Shown in pieces: positions 23,700 through 38,098 of a stretch of DNA of 64,000 bases. The notes below the pieces were generated by a model. That model was not told the DNA's origin and did not search any database. It saw only the letters and a list, made by a program, of their open reading frames with translations. The translations under genes and the position numbers were made by a program. The DNA is from Raillietiella orientalis. Taxonomy: Eukaryota. Positions within the stretch are counted from its first letter, which is position 1. Each line of letters opens with the position of its first letter. The stretch covers positions 992,001-1,056,000 of the forward strand of contig JAYWIR010000029.1 of the NCBI GenBank assembly GCA_036172245.1, read 5' to 3'.

Positions 23700-26600
23700 A
23701 TATGGGATGTCCATGCAAGCAGGAAATACCAGGAAAAAGCACAAAGAGTCCAGGGCAACGCTCATCTGCATGCTCGGCTGGTACGAGTGCTATGCATTCT
23801 ATTAACGCGTTGTAGAAACCATCCTCGCCAAGGCAGACATTCACGGAGCTGAAGAGTGGGATCACCCCAAGCATGTTGTCCATCTCTTTACCAACATGCA
23901 ATGTGGCAACAGGAAAATTAGAGAGGAGAGGTACCTGAACGTTCACCAGCACCACCCCTCCCACTCCGCCTACTGGAGCCTACCGGATTAGGCACCTCTA
24001 GAAGAGCCTGAAGAAAAATATCAGGATATATTGGACACACACAGATCTCCATCATATACGAAGACTGAGATTGCTGGATATCGGGGCAAGTGATGGAGGC
24101 CTTTCACCACTGTTACACTGGACCATGCTAATCTTCTCTGTGTCGTTCCAATTTTAGCATATGTACAGGCGAAGCATATACATATATTACACCGGGCTGT
24201 TCCATGCACGCTAACTGGACGATAGGACCCAGAAGCAAATTCTCCGCAGCGTAGGAGAGCTCCTGGGCGCTCAAGAACAAGTTTGAACGAAGATTTCACC
24301 AAAGCAGAGATCACGACAGCCTTCATGCAGCTGCTCATGGACGTGGCAGCGGACCCCGATAGTCTGCCCATCACGCACTATCAGAGTATCTCCCATCAGC
24401 TCATACTCCGGATGCAACAAGAAAGAAAGAAAAGAAATGCAAAGAAAAATAACTGCCTGACTTCTTCCATCGGAAGAGGATGCGATTTTCTCCCGAAGGG
24501 TGGCAATGACTTCCAGTCCATCACCCAGCGGAGTCCCTTAAATCCGATGCGAAATGGATGGTCAAGATTTGGGCCAATAGAACTAGGAATTGCCTCGGGT
24601 TTCTCCCACGCAGGAGTGGGCTGTCGCAGGCAGGCGCGTGTAGAAGAACATAAAGTGTGTCCTAGACCTCCTAGAACACACCAGTATTCTGGGAAACGCC
24701 CAGTTGACCGACACCGAGAAGACTTTTGAGTCGGTTGATCATGCTATGCTGCTCAGAACCCCCAGTATGATGGACTTTCCAGCACGTAAGAGTCTGTCTG
24801 CAAGAAGCGAAATTCATCAGCAAAATCAACGGTATGGCATCACCAGACATCAGAATGAGAAGAATCCGACAGAAAGACGCCCTCAGCTCCATGCTCTTCG
24901 TTCTGTACATGGACTCGGTGTCATAATATGTGACGAGGGCAAGTCGGCTCAAGGGGCTCACCCTGGATCATCACCCATTTGGACTAGGCCGACGACTGCT
25001 CTTTGTCATGGCGAAAGAGCAGGATCAAAAGGCATTTCTGGACACCGTCGAGGCCATAGAAGCCAGTCAATGATTCAGGATTAACTCCCAAGAATCTCAT
25101 CTCACTGCAGTTGCCGTACCGGACATCACCCTCCTGCAATTCCACGAATTCAGGATTGTTGATGACGCCCAATACCAAGGACTCCACATCGGAGAAGCAC
25201 AAGTATCCTTGGCGTTCCAGTGGAAGGATATCCTAGCAAGGATCCGAAAGGAGACAGGTCACTTCCAGGGAGCAAACCTCTCCATACTTCAGAAGGCCAA
25301 CCTCTGGAACGGGGGCACCCACGTTCTTGTTCATAGAGGTCTTCAACACTCTCGGGAAAGGTAGCCGAACACTTGTTCAGGGTTCGAAGGGACCTGCTCT
25401 GGAATGGTAGAAAATTACGCGTGAGGTTGGAGTTTCCATGCCGGACGCATCAGGAGGGAGGCACTAGCATGCACGGAGTGACATATGCAGTCCAACACCA
25501 AGACATGCGGCAACTCACCACGCAAGTAGGCGTACATGTTCCACCGAGCCTACTCGAGTTAGCTCAATGGGATCAATGGTCTGGTGTCCGCTCTGTTAGA
25601 GGCACCGGGACAGTGGACCAGGATCGATGCAATGTGACGTAGGAAGCAAGAACTACTCCATAAAGGAAAGCTGAAAGTAGTCCCAGGAATAGGAAGATGG
25701 AAGAGCAGGGAACTCTTGGCAGTCATCCCGCTTTTCATAAGAGTGCTGTGCCACAGAAAAATGGCTCTAGAGACGACGGCAAACTTTGATCATTCAAGAT
25801 TTCGAGAACTTTGCCAACAGTTGGAATGCGCTCGCAACGCGCGTTCTGTGCTACATGCACCAGCTGTAAAGATACACGACTTACAAGTGCCGCGAACTGT
25901 GGCAGGACTAGGGATCGCAGTGGAAGCGAGTCAGTCCCCGAGACCTGGAAGAACACATCATGCAGCGCACCACCGCTCAGGAAGCCATGGAATCAACGTG
26001 GATAAGATTCGGACGACCAACTTTGAACCCACATGCCATCGGGGCCTTCCTATGGGAGTCCGAACTGCCACACCAGAGAACCAGGACTTCCTCCTGGTGT
26101 TTCATCACTGAGGGATCCCTGCGGCACAAGGCTACGACATTGGGCTGGGAATCCTGGCGACAAAGATTGCCCTATATGCGGGAGCATTGAGGACGATTTA
26201 CACATCTACACTTAAAAAACCCTATCCCCAGATTTCGTCCCATTGAGTGGTCAAGCAGACGACGATCTACAGGACAATCCGGAATCGATCCGAGGACTCT
26301 TCTGTGGACAAGGAGTCGTTCCCCTGTACAGTTCCAGGTTGAGAATCATTTTGGCCTTCTTCGTGAGAAGCATCCTCATGAGAAGGACAAAGCTTCGACG
26401 GGGAGTGCTCCAGAGAAATCCTGATGAGACTCCTGAAGAAAGAGATTGGTATACGAAGCTGTAGCAGGGTGCCGAGCTGCACAATAAGCTACACCCTGCG
26501 GAAGACCCAAGAAGCAGAGCAGCAAGTCCAAGCAAGACACTAAGCATGCCCTCCAGCTGCCTCCCCATTTCCCCCCTCCCTCTCTCCCACCAGTAGCTTA

Positions 26601-26950
26601 TCCTCCACTCTTCTGAACATCGCAAAACATTCTCTGTCTGGTGAAAAACCGGAAATATGGCAAAGTTCATGGTGTTGTAGGGAACAGGACTTTATTCGTA
26701 TTGTTTGTTTGTTTTCTGTTAAAAGAAAGAATGAACTGCGTGTCGGACTGGGGGAAAATGTACTGTGCAAATGCCAAATATGCAAGCTGTAAATACCCAA
26801 TGGAACAATAATTTTTTTCTAACTTGCTCTGATATTTTATTGAATGTCTGTGTATTCGTTCGTTACGTCCGAATCGTTTCCCTAAAGTGCTACGGAATGC
26901 TGAAATGTTGGATAGCAAGGAAGTACCCTTTAAATTATGGATCTAAAATA
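23700..26950 (+). mobile_element. 5'-truncated, heavily degenerate L1/Tx1-clade retrotransposon related to the 14.4-19.4 kb element
   Basis: KSDAKWMVKIWANR, DTEKTFESVDH, HLD*ADD, RTHQEGGT and a C-terminal CPICGSIEDDLHIY knuckle. Nucleotide similarity to element 1, e.g. gttcaccagcaccacccctcccactccgcctactgg versus attcaccagcaacatccctaccactctgagtactgg. Ends are approximate. Confidence 0.85.
24120..24181 (-). pseudogene. U6: 3'-truncated U6 snRNA copy (about the first 62 nt)
   Basis: Reverse complement GTATATGCTTCGCCTGTACATATGCTAAAATTGGAACGACACAGAGAAGATTAGCATGGTCC matches the 5' half of U6, including the ACAGAGA box and AGC triad; the 3' part is absent. Confidence 0.9.
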
Positions 26951-27228
26951 TAGATATATTTAGTGATAGCAAAGTTGTTTGCAAGTGAATTTGATTCATG
27001 CCAGTAAGCGTTTCGTGTTTATATAGGTAGACCAATAAGTAAGTACTCAATACATTAAGTATTCAATTATGGAAAGTTTATTTATGTAGATTCTATTAGT
27101 TTTCATTATTTCATTTTCGTTTCATATTTGTAAATTCCATTTTCAAATACGTTTATTTAAAATGTTTCCAAACCAGGCTAACAGCAAAATGTCTGCGGTT
27201 GTGAGTTGTGTTCCGAGGGAATAAGAAG

Positions 27229-30200
27229 ATGCAAGGAAATAAAAGTTGGGAATTTTGTGGATTGGACGATTGGATTAAAAAACAGTGTATATCGTTAGGT
27301 ATCTATTTTATTTATGTGTTATATGCCGTTTGTTTCTGAAAAACGAAGGAGCTTCAATTTTCTTAAATACAATGTATTGCATTACATCCACCATTTGTTT
27401 AAAAAGAATTCTTGTGTCAAGTTTTGCCAACAGTGCTTATTTTTGAATATTTCTCTATGAGGTGTTCAGATTTTGAATATTGTGTATCAGTTGAATAAAT
27501 AATTAGGTCTGCTATAATTTAAAAGTAATGGAATGTTATTTGTAACTTTTTAGGTATTGTAACACCATCATTAGTTCAGCAACATTGTATTCCTCAAATC
27601 TTAAATGGAAAAGATTGCATTGGATGTGCGAAAACAGGTTCAGGAAAAACATTAGCATTTGCAATACCAATCCTACAAAAATTATATGAAGACCCTTTTG
27701 GAATTTTTGCATTAGTGTTAACTCCTACCAGAGAACTAGCTTTTCAAATTGCTGACCAGTTTCAGCTCTTGGGAAAAGTTGTTGGATTAAAAGTTGCAGT
27801 AATCACAGGTGGCATGGATATGATGATTCAAAGTCAGCAGTTGTCACTAACCCCACATATTGTGATAGCCACACCTGGCAGATTAGTTGATCATCTACAA
27901 AGTTGCAAAACATTTTCTTTGCAAAAAGTGAGATTTTTGGTCTTAGATGAAGCTGATAGATTGTTAGAGGGCCATTTCGATGTTCAGGTAACAGCAAAAC
28001 AAATGTTGTATTTTTTATTCTAAATGTTTAGAAAGTGAAAAATCTTCATTCAATTTCATTTAGAAATTGCTCAAAATAATCGCGTTTTCAAATTGGAAGT
28101 CTTTAGTGTAGGGTATAATACATTAGCAAAGAACTTCACAAAATGAACTAAACTATGGACTTTAGAATATGCTTTGGAAATAGTTGTGTGCAAGTTATTA
28201 TGTGAGTGAAAAAGGTGAATGCATTAAATAGATTCCTTATGTAAAATATAGTACTTTGAGAGGAAATGGATGAATAGTTAGTTGGATTACATGGGAGTTA
28301 AAAAGAAGACTTTTAATTATAAATGTGGATAAAAGGAGAAATGTAACCAGTGACTTGAAGCAGTTTCAAGTCTAAAGATTGAAGCAAATGTTACTGCATG
28401 GTAGTGTTTGTAATGTGTTGCATGAGGTGAAATTTAATGAAATTACGTAATTGCAATTTGGTGAGTGAGCAACATTTTTAAACACTTTAAAATCTTCTAG
28501 AATCAACCAAGTATGAATATGTGTTCAAAGCTAAGTTCTTTCTATGTGAATTGAAGAGTCAATAACAAGTATCAATTTCAATTCCATCCAGTTGGTTGGA
28601 TAAGCTATTGCTTGAAATCATTAAGCTGTTCAGTGATATGCATATTAGGTCATAAATAGAAGAACCCTCGAAACTTAAAATGACCATGCCCTTTATAATG
28701 AATTGAATTAATTTTTATTTGCTGAACAGTATGCAATCCAGAGAACAGCAGTAGTCTTTATATATTCATGAATGACTTCTAGAATAGATTGGTTTTCAAC
28801 ATTAGACTTTTGGAAACTTGTCAGAAGTTTAATTTCACGTAAAGAATCATTGTGGAAAATATAATTTCTTTCATACTTAGAATACAAGTTGAATTGTATT
28901 TTTGCATTTAACATTTACTGTCTTCAGTGTTGTTAGTAAACTCGATAACAATTTTACTCACCTTTAGAAGACAATTTTGGAGATTTTTATTCAAGTAACA
29001 ATGATGCAAAGTTTCTGTTTTTTTGTTGCATACGAAAAAATTTGCTTGTTTAGTTGGATGAATTCTGGTTAGCTGCCAATGTTTGGAAATCATATGACAA
29101 CAGTGAATCCTCAAATTTTGAAGATATACTTAGAAAGTTTACCATGGAAAATAAATGAATGAATGAATAGAATATTCTGTTAGATTGTTAATATTATTTA
29201 GAGAGAGGCAGTTCTAGTAATCTTGATCATTTAAAAAAAATGTGTTTAAGCATTCTGTGGACTATGTTGAAGAATATGCAAAAATATTTCCAGAAACTTA
29301 GTAGTAGGTAATAAACTAAACTCTTGGTCCTAAAATATTGCAACTCTTGTGAACTGTTATTCTCAATGTTTATTGCTATGGGATGATGAATTCCTGTTTC
29401 GATCAACGGAATTATGTCCTGCAATTAAAAACCAGCTGAAGAAGAGTTTAGTGAAAGTGTTGATAGCACATTCTTGCATTCATTCTTGCTTTATTACAGT
29501 TAACGCATCGGAGAATTATTAGAAAAATATGTATGTATTTGTATCAACTGTGAGAACTTTCTTCAATTATCTTTAAATTTCTGGATCTGCTTGAAAACAT
29601 ATAATTTTTAGCAGAGTATTTTGTGGGTTTCATGCCTGGTTAACATTATTCACAGTTTTGAAGATGCTTATATTGAAGAAATTTAAAACTGAGGAAACAC
29701 GATCACGATTACTGTAAAAATAATGTAGCAAAGGACAAAATCCATTTTCAAGTAAATTATAACGATGTTAAAAATCATGTGTCACATTTTTATAATTCTG
29801 AAAAGATAAAAACAGTCAAAAGTGTGTAACCATTAGTTTCCCTGCTAAGTAATGAATTATCTTGTTCACCTTTTTTGTTTTTTTCATTTATTGTTTTCGG
29901 CATGTTTCAGTTCTCTATGTTCAGACAAGCATGTTAACATAATCTTGAAAATTTACTTTTAAACTAGTTGAAGAAATTCATCTTTCATCCTAGCCATCAC
30001 TAACTCTCTCGGCAGCATTTGAAATGCTTTAGTGTATTAGAAAGTAAACAATTCTGAATGTGGTTTAATTATTTTCGTATTGTATTTTTATCCTTGTTTT
30101 TTATACCCAAAGTGCTTTCATTGTAGCTGTCTGTGATCTTTAATTGTTTGCCCACCAGTCGGCAGACACTATTATTCAGTGCCACAATTACTGATCCTTT

Positions 30201-31038
30201 GATACATCTGAAGAAACTTATCGGAAGTGATCCGTTTTATTGGGAAGCAAGTGACACCTCTATTACAGTTCCACAGTTAAATCAGCACTTTGTACTTTGT
30301 CCAGCTGATGTTAAAGATGGGTATTTGGTACATTTGATTCAAGAATTTTATGAGCATGACAACAAAGGTTTGATCATGCTTTTCACAAGCACTTGCAGGT
30401 AATCTTTCATTGAAGAGAATACTTATGAATTTTAGATCAGAAGTTGCCAAGTTCTGTCAATGATGTTAGTAAAGTTAGGATTTCCTTGTGTATTTTTGCA
30501 TTCCATGATTTCTCAAAAAAAACGCCTAGCAGCATTAGCAAAATTCAAATCCCTTCAGGTTTGCATGATGGTTGCAACAGATGTAGCCAGCAGAGGTTTG
30601 TCATGTTACATATATTTCATTACAAGCTTTGTGTCATTTTATACAGGATTAGACATTCCGGCAGTTAATTTGGTACTGAATTACAATGTTCCTAAAGTGC
30701 CCAAAGATTACGTTCATCGAGTTGGAAGAACAGCTAGAGCTGGAAGAAGTGGAACCGCTATTACACTAGTGACACAAAATGATGTTGCTCTGTTACATGC
30801 TATTGAGGAACTGACTGGTACACAGATGAACCCATATTCTGTCAATGAAAAAGAAATCTTGAGAATTCTTACTCAAGTAGCAGTCAGTAGAAGTGAATGT
30901 GAAATTCAGCTGGATTTGGAAAAATTTGATGAAGCAAAAATCATAAATAAAAGAAAAAAAGCAATACTAGAAGGCCAGCATCCAGATAGTGTTCACAGAT
31001 GCAAAAAAAGGTCGAAAAATAAATTACGTCCGAAATAA
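27229..31038 (+). CDS. DDX49: DEAD-box RNA helicase DDX49/Dbp8; exons 27229-27298, 27554-27987, 30127-30398, about 30441-30595, about 30647-31038
   Basis: MQGNKSWEFCGLDDWIKKQCISLG IVTPSLVQQHCIP..DCIGCAKTGSGKT..EDPFGIFALVLTPTRELA; LDEADRLL, LFSAT, ATDVASRGLDIP, YVHRVGRTARAGR, and the DDX49-type C-terminus INKRK. Confidence 0.93.
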
Positions 31039-34000
31039 ATCAAAGCAGTTATTTTTGTTTCTTAAACAGATAGCACGAACAAAAGATTTGCAAAGACTAA
31101 AAGCAACTTTTTTGACTGTAGGAAGCTTATAACACAAAGCATTCTTGTCAACTTTTAACGTATTTTACAGACGAAAACCGTTGCATCCTCGTTGATCTCT
31201 CCATTATCCAGTTTATCATAAGCAAAGTTCATTAGTTATATCGTGTGGAAATACAGTGCGCAATAGTATTTGTGTGTGATCTCATATTTCAAAATCCTAA
31301 GAGTAGCTCAAGCATTGCCAACTTAGTCAAAACTAACAAAGGATTAAAATGTAATACGATTTTGGAATGTAATACCCATGTGCTCATGAGCATGGCTTTA
31401 TTAACGCTATCGCACGTTACTTAGGTAAAAGGAAACCGTTATAGTATTTTTAATCTCTATAATAATACACATCTCTTATTCATCAAGCGTTTGTATTTGT
31501 GTTCTCTCTCGCTGGCGCCAACAATTGTGTTCATCTTGGCTAATTTTGTGAGTATACTGTGTACTAAAGATATGTATCAGAAGCCAACAAACGGGACTGG
31601 GACTTATTTTTCTATCGAGAATATATACCGACTAAAGAAAAACTAACAGTGCCATGGGTTTTCTACATGTGATCTATTCTTGGTGATTATGTTAAGGTAG
31701 TTTTCCATAATCAAACTTGTGAAGACTGAATATTTTAAATGTAATTCCAAAGAATAAAAAGTGATTAAGAATTAAATTCATAAGGAAACTTCGCTAGAGC
31801 CTGAATTAGGAAGGAAAGCTATGTTTCAAACGCGAACATACACAAAAGAAACGAGACCCATTCACAACATCCTGTAAATTATTTATTGTTGCAGAATCAT
31901 TGTCACGTAACTCTTGAGAGAAAAATTCCTCATGCTTATGTTTGTTGCTCTATCTGAAACCTCAGATCCGAACTATTTAGTAAACATAAGCATCACCTGC
32001 TTCTGTTCGTAGTGAATTTTATTTTGGTACATGTTCATGTATCATTTCTGTAGGCCACTCAACGTATCTAAACTCCCTGTTACTTGTGTATACAAACTTG
32101 CAGTCTCCTAACAACTAGAAATATGTTAAATTTTCCAAGGTCAGTCTCGAATCAGACAAGAGCTTTGCTTTTTTCTAGCACAGCAAGGTTTCTAATTCAT
32201 TCTCAACTTAGAATATTTTTCGAAACACCATTCTCCTTAATAATGATTGAACAAATAACGTTTAATGAATTGCTTTTGTCAGTTGCAATTCCTTTGAATG
32301 CTATTTTATTAGGTATTTTCTTCTTGATATTTCATTTGGATGTTCTGTATGAATCTGTTATTGTACACTAGAGAAGTATGAAATTATTTTTAGTTTTACA
32401 CAATAGTGGTGGCAGTATCGAAATTCTGAAACTTCGTTTTCAGTAGAGCGAAATTTGAAACGCTAGAAAGCAGAGAAAATGACTCCAAGTAAGAAGTGTG
32501 CAGAGTCTAGTCCTCGTGATCCGTTTTCAGCAAAAATTTCGTCTTTTAGAGCTGTGAAACACAAGTCAGCCTTCAAACAAAAGGTATCCACTAGCGTTTA
32601 AATGCATTTAAAACAATTTAATGTCAAATTAGCGGGACTAAATATTTTCTCCATTACATCATGCAAGATGCTGCGATATAAATGTGTACATTGGAATTGA
32701 TATTCCTACCATCATGTTTAGATTTTAAACCTTTCCATTTTTCCATGCATGATGTGATGAGTGAACGCTTTTTTACATCCATTGGCAAAATTGTGTCGTA
32801 GAATCTATGAAATATGTATGTATCTTTCACAATTCTATTTTTGTTTGCAAAACAGAAGGCATAAACAAGAAATAAACTTTAAACTTAAATTTTCAAAGGA
32901 AAATATGGTCACCTTTATATTCCTTCTTTAGTGAGTCATTGCAAACAAATTTATGATCTGGTCTGCAGAATCCTTTCAAGTGTACATTAATCCATTTTGG
33001 CATATAACAAAAGAAAAGCCCAAGAAAATCGACAAAATACCCAAGGCGCTATAGTTATTTATAAAGTAGAATTGAAAAATTCTAAGCAGTTGCAGTAATT
33101 CAAGGCCCTCTGATTCGAATTTTTACCAAATTGTGAAAGATGGATGTGATTCAGGATATCTTTTCAGTAATGTTATACCTTTTTTATGATTCATTCGATA
33201 ATTCCGACAAAGTGAGCTTTGCATTGCTAGTTCAATAGGTTTGTTCAGAATGTCTTATCTATAAATAAATATTGCGTATGGTTTTTGAGTTTTTGTAAAT
33301 TCTCCGGAATCAAGTAAGGTAAACTATGATTTAGCAAGGTATTCTTTTTTGATTTAAAATTACATGAAGGTATCTAAATTTGATCACGAATTAGCAAAAA
33401 GAACTGTGGAATATTTAAAGATACATGGAGTGAAAAAACTTTCTAAAATATCCTCTGGTAAGTACATTATTTGTTGAAACAAATATCAACATCCAGTGCT
33501 ACTGGATATTGAAGTTTGCTTCAAGAACCCAATGTTTTCAACTCAGTAGTATCATGTGAAAAACATTGGATTCTGGAAAAAAAAAATAGCAAAAAACAAA
33601 AACTTAGTTCTGCTTTTTAAAGGAGAAGTGGAAGATGAATGGTTAATTTTAACAGCTGTGTAATCATGTATATGCAGGATTTATTCGATAAATATGTTAC
33701 ATATATGTAACATATTCATCTAAATGATGTATTTATTCGTGTTCTTTAGCTTGAATTTGTTTATCTCCAAACTTTGCAATTTCATGCAGGTATTCAGTCT
33801 CTAAAAGTAGGAGGATTCTATTCTATTCATTGTCTTCTAATGTGAGTATCCTTAGATATTTACTGTGAAAACTTCGCCGTTTATTTCATATAGCCACGCC
33901 TTTTCAGCCCTCTATCTGTTAAGGTTGGGACTGTAGGAAAGTGTTGATTCTTCTTAATGTACAAACTATATATTTTATGCCATTATATAATGCTTAGTAT

Positions 34001-37000
34001 TGTATGTATTTGATAGTATGATATAATATTTCAGTTAGTTTTATTTTACAGTAGAATCCTAATTATTCCTTAGCATGTCCTATGTTCTCATCAGAGATCA
34101 TTTATCAAAAAACAATCTGTTGCACAAGTGCTCATTTGTTTCACAGAATGAAATCATGTGAATGAAATCATTTGTTGTCTTTACAGCAGAATGCTCCCTT
34201 ATCATTTTTTGCTGCCATTTGTATTTCATGTATGCAATGATCAAAATCTTTGATAAATTTGAAAAGAAAGTTTTCCAAGTCTGTGAGAACTTTGTATAAT
34301 TTTCAAGATGAACACAGTTATTCATTTAAACCTACATAAAAGAACTTTAAAGTTTTGGAAACCTGAATAAGCCAATAGCATGTATAATATTAATCCATTT
34401 TGTCAAAATCTGAGTCAATTCTGGACAATCATATTATCTTAAAAATACTGATAATTCGAGAAAGTTATTCTTTTAGAATTGGATCAACAGCTCCCATTTT
34501 TGTTTTTTTGCGATAAACTTCTACATTAATTCCCTTTTCTCAACCACTGTTACAGTTAGTCATTTATTCATCAACAGGCCGTATACACCTTGCATATGAG
34601 GAAAATGATGTTTTCCTGTTGGTTAACCTCTTGATTCTGTTTAACAGATATGGAAAAGTTAAACTACTTTTTCGCATACATCCCACATCATTACACCATA
34701 ACACTGAGGAATGATATAACATCAGTAATATCTCTGTAATGAATTCTATTAGCCTTCTTGATGTTTCACCTGTCCAGGATAAACTCTTACTCATCCACTT
34801 TGAAAATCTTTTGAACATATTGCTTCGTTTTGTGTTCAACACGTCGTGTGTTATATGCCTGTTTTGAACCATCTCTCCTCCTACAACCAACTATAGATAC
34901 CAATGGGTAACTTCCCTAAGTGTATCACCCATCATACTTCAGAGATGTTATTTGGGCAATGTTCAGGGATCTGCAAGGTCTACATAGGAGGTCTCCTAGA
35001 ATGAGTTGAAATTAACAGATTCATTAAACTAACGAGAATCCAGTTTCGGTTATTTTCATAACCGTAGTAAAAATGGAATCATTGTTCGTAAGAGTAGATA
35101 GCATTCTATTGTCTCTACATAATGCAATACACGTGTGTTGTACGGGCACTTTTACTTGAGAGACATCTGAACACTTTTTTCGTACGTTGCCAATATATTT
35201 CCATCGCGACTGTCTTTTCTATTCGCTCCACGTTTGCTCTCCGTACTTTCTCTTCGGCTTATGTAACAACCGCTTTCACGGCACTCCTCACCGTCTGCGC
35301 TGTGATTCTTATTATCATCGTGTTTACGTCACCGGGCACTTTCCGAAACTTTTCGGAGGCTCCACTTAAAAGTCTATAACATACCGCTGCAAGCATTCGT
35401 GTAGTTCCACCTCGTACTTTTTGTGCATTATATGTTACTCTTTTTATCCCCGTCAAAATACCAAGCGGAAAATAAGTAGAACCTTTTTCGCGTAGTTCTC
35501 AACCGAACTTGGTCTGAATTTTGGGAAGTTTCTAATTGAAACCGTAAAGCTTCTAATGAATTTGTCTTCGTTAGCATTAAGATCACTAGTCATCTTTACT
35601 CTTTCAGCTCTCCTAGAAGCTTAATATTATTTATGCTTCCCTAACTATGGAAGTACTGTATTCTTCACGTCTCTTTCGTTACCATACCTTTCCTGTCTAG
35701 AACCAGTCAGTACCACCGTCTCCTGTAGGACTGTTCACGAACCGATTGTCATGCCCCCGTGCAGACCCGGATCCTTTTTTTATACGTCCATTTTTAAGGA
35801 CATGCGTTGCTTGTACCTACATGACACAGTCCCCATGACCCTTAGAATCTGCGCAGCACTGATCTACAGTACGTGAGGATATTTTACACGCTGAAATGAT
35901 AGCTACATCGAAAATATTGGCAATGCTTTCGCCAGAAATCGTGTTCCTTTTTCTTTTTTGGAAGCGTTTCCGCCCAAGCGTGACATTGCTCCTTAAAAAC
36001 GGTTACAGATCACGAAAAGATGAATAGTTATTCATTTCTCGATATTATGGTACATTCATTCATTTCAGTCTTTCAGCAAGAATGCCATATTTCCAGAAAG
36101 ATATGGGATGGACTGCTTGTTTTTCTTCTTTACTCCGTTAGGGTGGCAAGCTTTTAGAATTCTGTTTTGCCTACAGCTGTTCTCTGGGCCTTTCTTGTGT
36201 TCCCATGGACAACAAGGATCACCGTGGGAATAACCTCTCGTCCAAAAATATATAACACTTGAAAAGTGGTGCTTGAAAGCCAAAAATCAGTTAAAATCAC
36301 CATCACTGCATGAATTCTCTACTTATGTCCAATGCCACATCTACCTTTCAACTGTAGACAGCAGCGCAATGACCATAGTTGATGAAGTTTTCCTTTTAAC
36401 CCTTCATTGTCTTGAGTGATATTTTGTGCTCTACGAGCTCACCGAACCAAGCAATTGACCAAACTTTCATATTGCTTGCCATCACCTTCTAAGAAATACC
36501 TGGTTCCCTATAATTTTCTTGCACATGGTAGCACTCATTATCATGACGTGACTATTATTATAATTTAATCTCAACTGATACGGTGCAGCACGAATCTGTT
36601 CCGTTCCTAAATCGCCATTTCATGCTTATGCAATTAGGAATGCGAACCCTTCAGTAAATCACTGCACCCTGCAGTGATTCGTACGTTCTCTAGTCCTAGT
36701 TCGTTGATACCCGAGGTCCAACTTTGTTAAATTTCACCTCGATAAAAATAGGGTTCCACCTCCCTCATCTTTTTCGGTCGCAAACTTATGCCTCAGTGCA
36801 TTTTCAGATGTGTCGGCTGTGTTGTCTTGACGACACCATAGAGGTCTGTAATGAATACAGGCTCTTTGACTTTCGTCCCGGGTGACCAGCGAACGAATTC
36901 TTTGAAAATTTAAACTGCGATATGCAAATTTTGAAGAAAAAAGGGGAAAACGAATTTCAGATTGAGTAATCGCTTGCCTCTGCCTCTGGGTTTCATTTTC

Positions 37001-37976
37001 TCTGCCATCCTTGCCCTTGGTTCCACGTTCTACGTGCTGCACTTAAGTCTGCTGCCACAAAATCTGTTAAACCTCAGGGCATAACTGAATATTGAACAGG
37101 GATCTGGTTTAAAGTGGAAATCCTGCAGTGGTTGTAATCATTTTCCCAGTCAGGATGGAACAGTGTTCTGTGTGTCCATTGTGTTCAATTCCAAGTTGAC
37201 GTGCTACCTATCTGCAAGGCTGATAGATGGAACAGTCGTATTTCGTAAGTGCAACACTTTAAAACGAAAGTGCAGTCGCCGTTCGTGTTCTGCACGTTCA
37301 CACCACAAGTGGCACTGAGCGTCACTTGATTTTTCCCGCCCTGTCTCCATACGAGGCGCGTTGATGGATGAAAGCAGCACAGGAGAACTTCTTGTGTTCA
37401 TCTCCGCCGACCCGCAGCGCGGCAGCCGCGAACACCACGTGTTGTTTAAAGTAAAAATAGAAAGTCAACCCTTGGCCAACCCGAACCGGCGCAATCCTTT
37501 CGCTATCTCGTGGATGAAAAGTTGATGTCAGTGCTGTTATGACAGATTCGTGTGCGTACCAGCACACGCACGCGTGTACACGCACATGTACACTTGCTGA
37601 AGCGAAGCCAAAGCGTGCTTCCATCCGCTTTCGATGAGATCGATAACTCGCACGAAGCCGTACACGAGGTGTATCATCCGCCCGGATGTTTTTCCCTAAC
37701 GCACACTTTTTCGACAGAAAAAAAAACCCTGAATACACATGTAGACGAATGAGTATAGTATGTGTATGTGTACAGGGAACGATTGAGGGTTTGCATGGCT
37801 TGGCATTCGCGGCAGAATTTAATTTTAAGTGTATCATCCAGAGGCAGGGAACCGTTAAGGTGTCGTACGCGTGTTACTTTTGACCTCGAGCTGCCGCACT
37901 TCTGCATGAATGGATTTTTTTTTTTTTTTTTTTCCCCACGTAGCGCTCCTAGCGGTTTATTATTTTTTCGTCAACA

Positions 37977-38098
37977 TCTCTCTCTCTCTCTCTCTAGCGG
38001 CTTATTTTTGGTGGTATTTCACGTGCCAGCGGATGGTTCGTCGGTGTCTCCGAGAAAACCATGAGCAAGTGTGTGTGTGTGTGTGTTTCCCCCCCCCC
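37977..38098. repeat. (CT)n, (GT)n and poly-C simple repeats upstream of the rhotekin coding exons
   Basis: tctctctctctctctctct; gtgtgtgtgtgtgtgtgt; C-run. Confidence 0.8.

Noticed and set aside
31500..36560. Scattered exon-like, stop-interrupted stretches (also at 500-4400, 45500-48400 and 60100-60700), including weak piggyBac-like and fucosyltransferase-like words
   Set aside because: No family could be recognised and motif spacing was wrong; left unannotated
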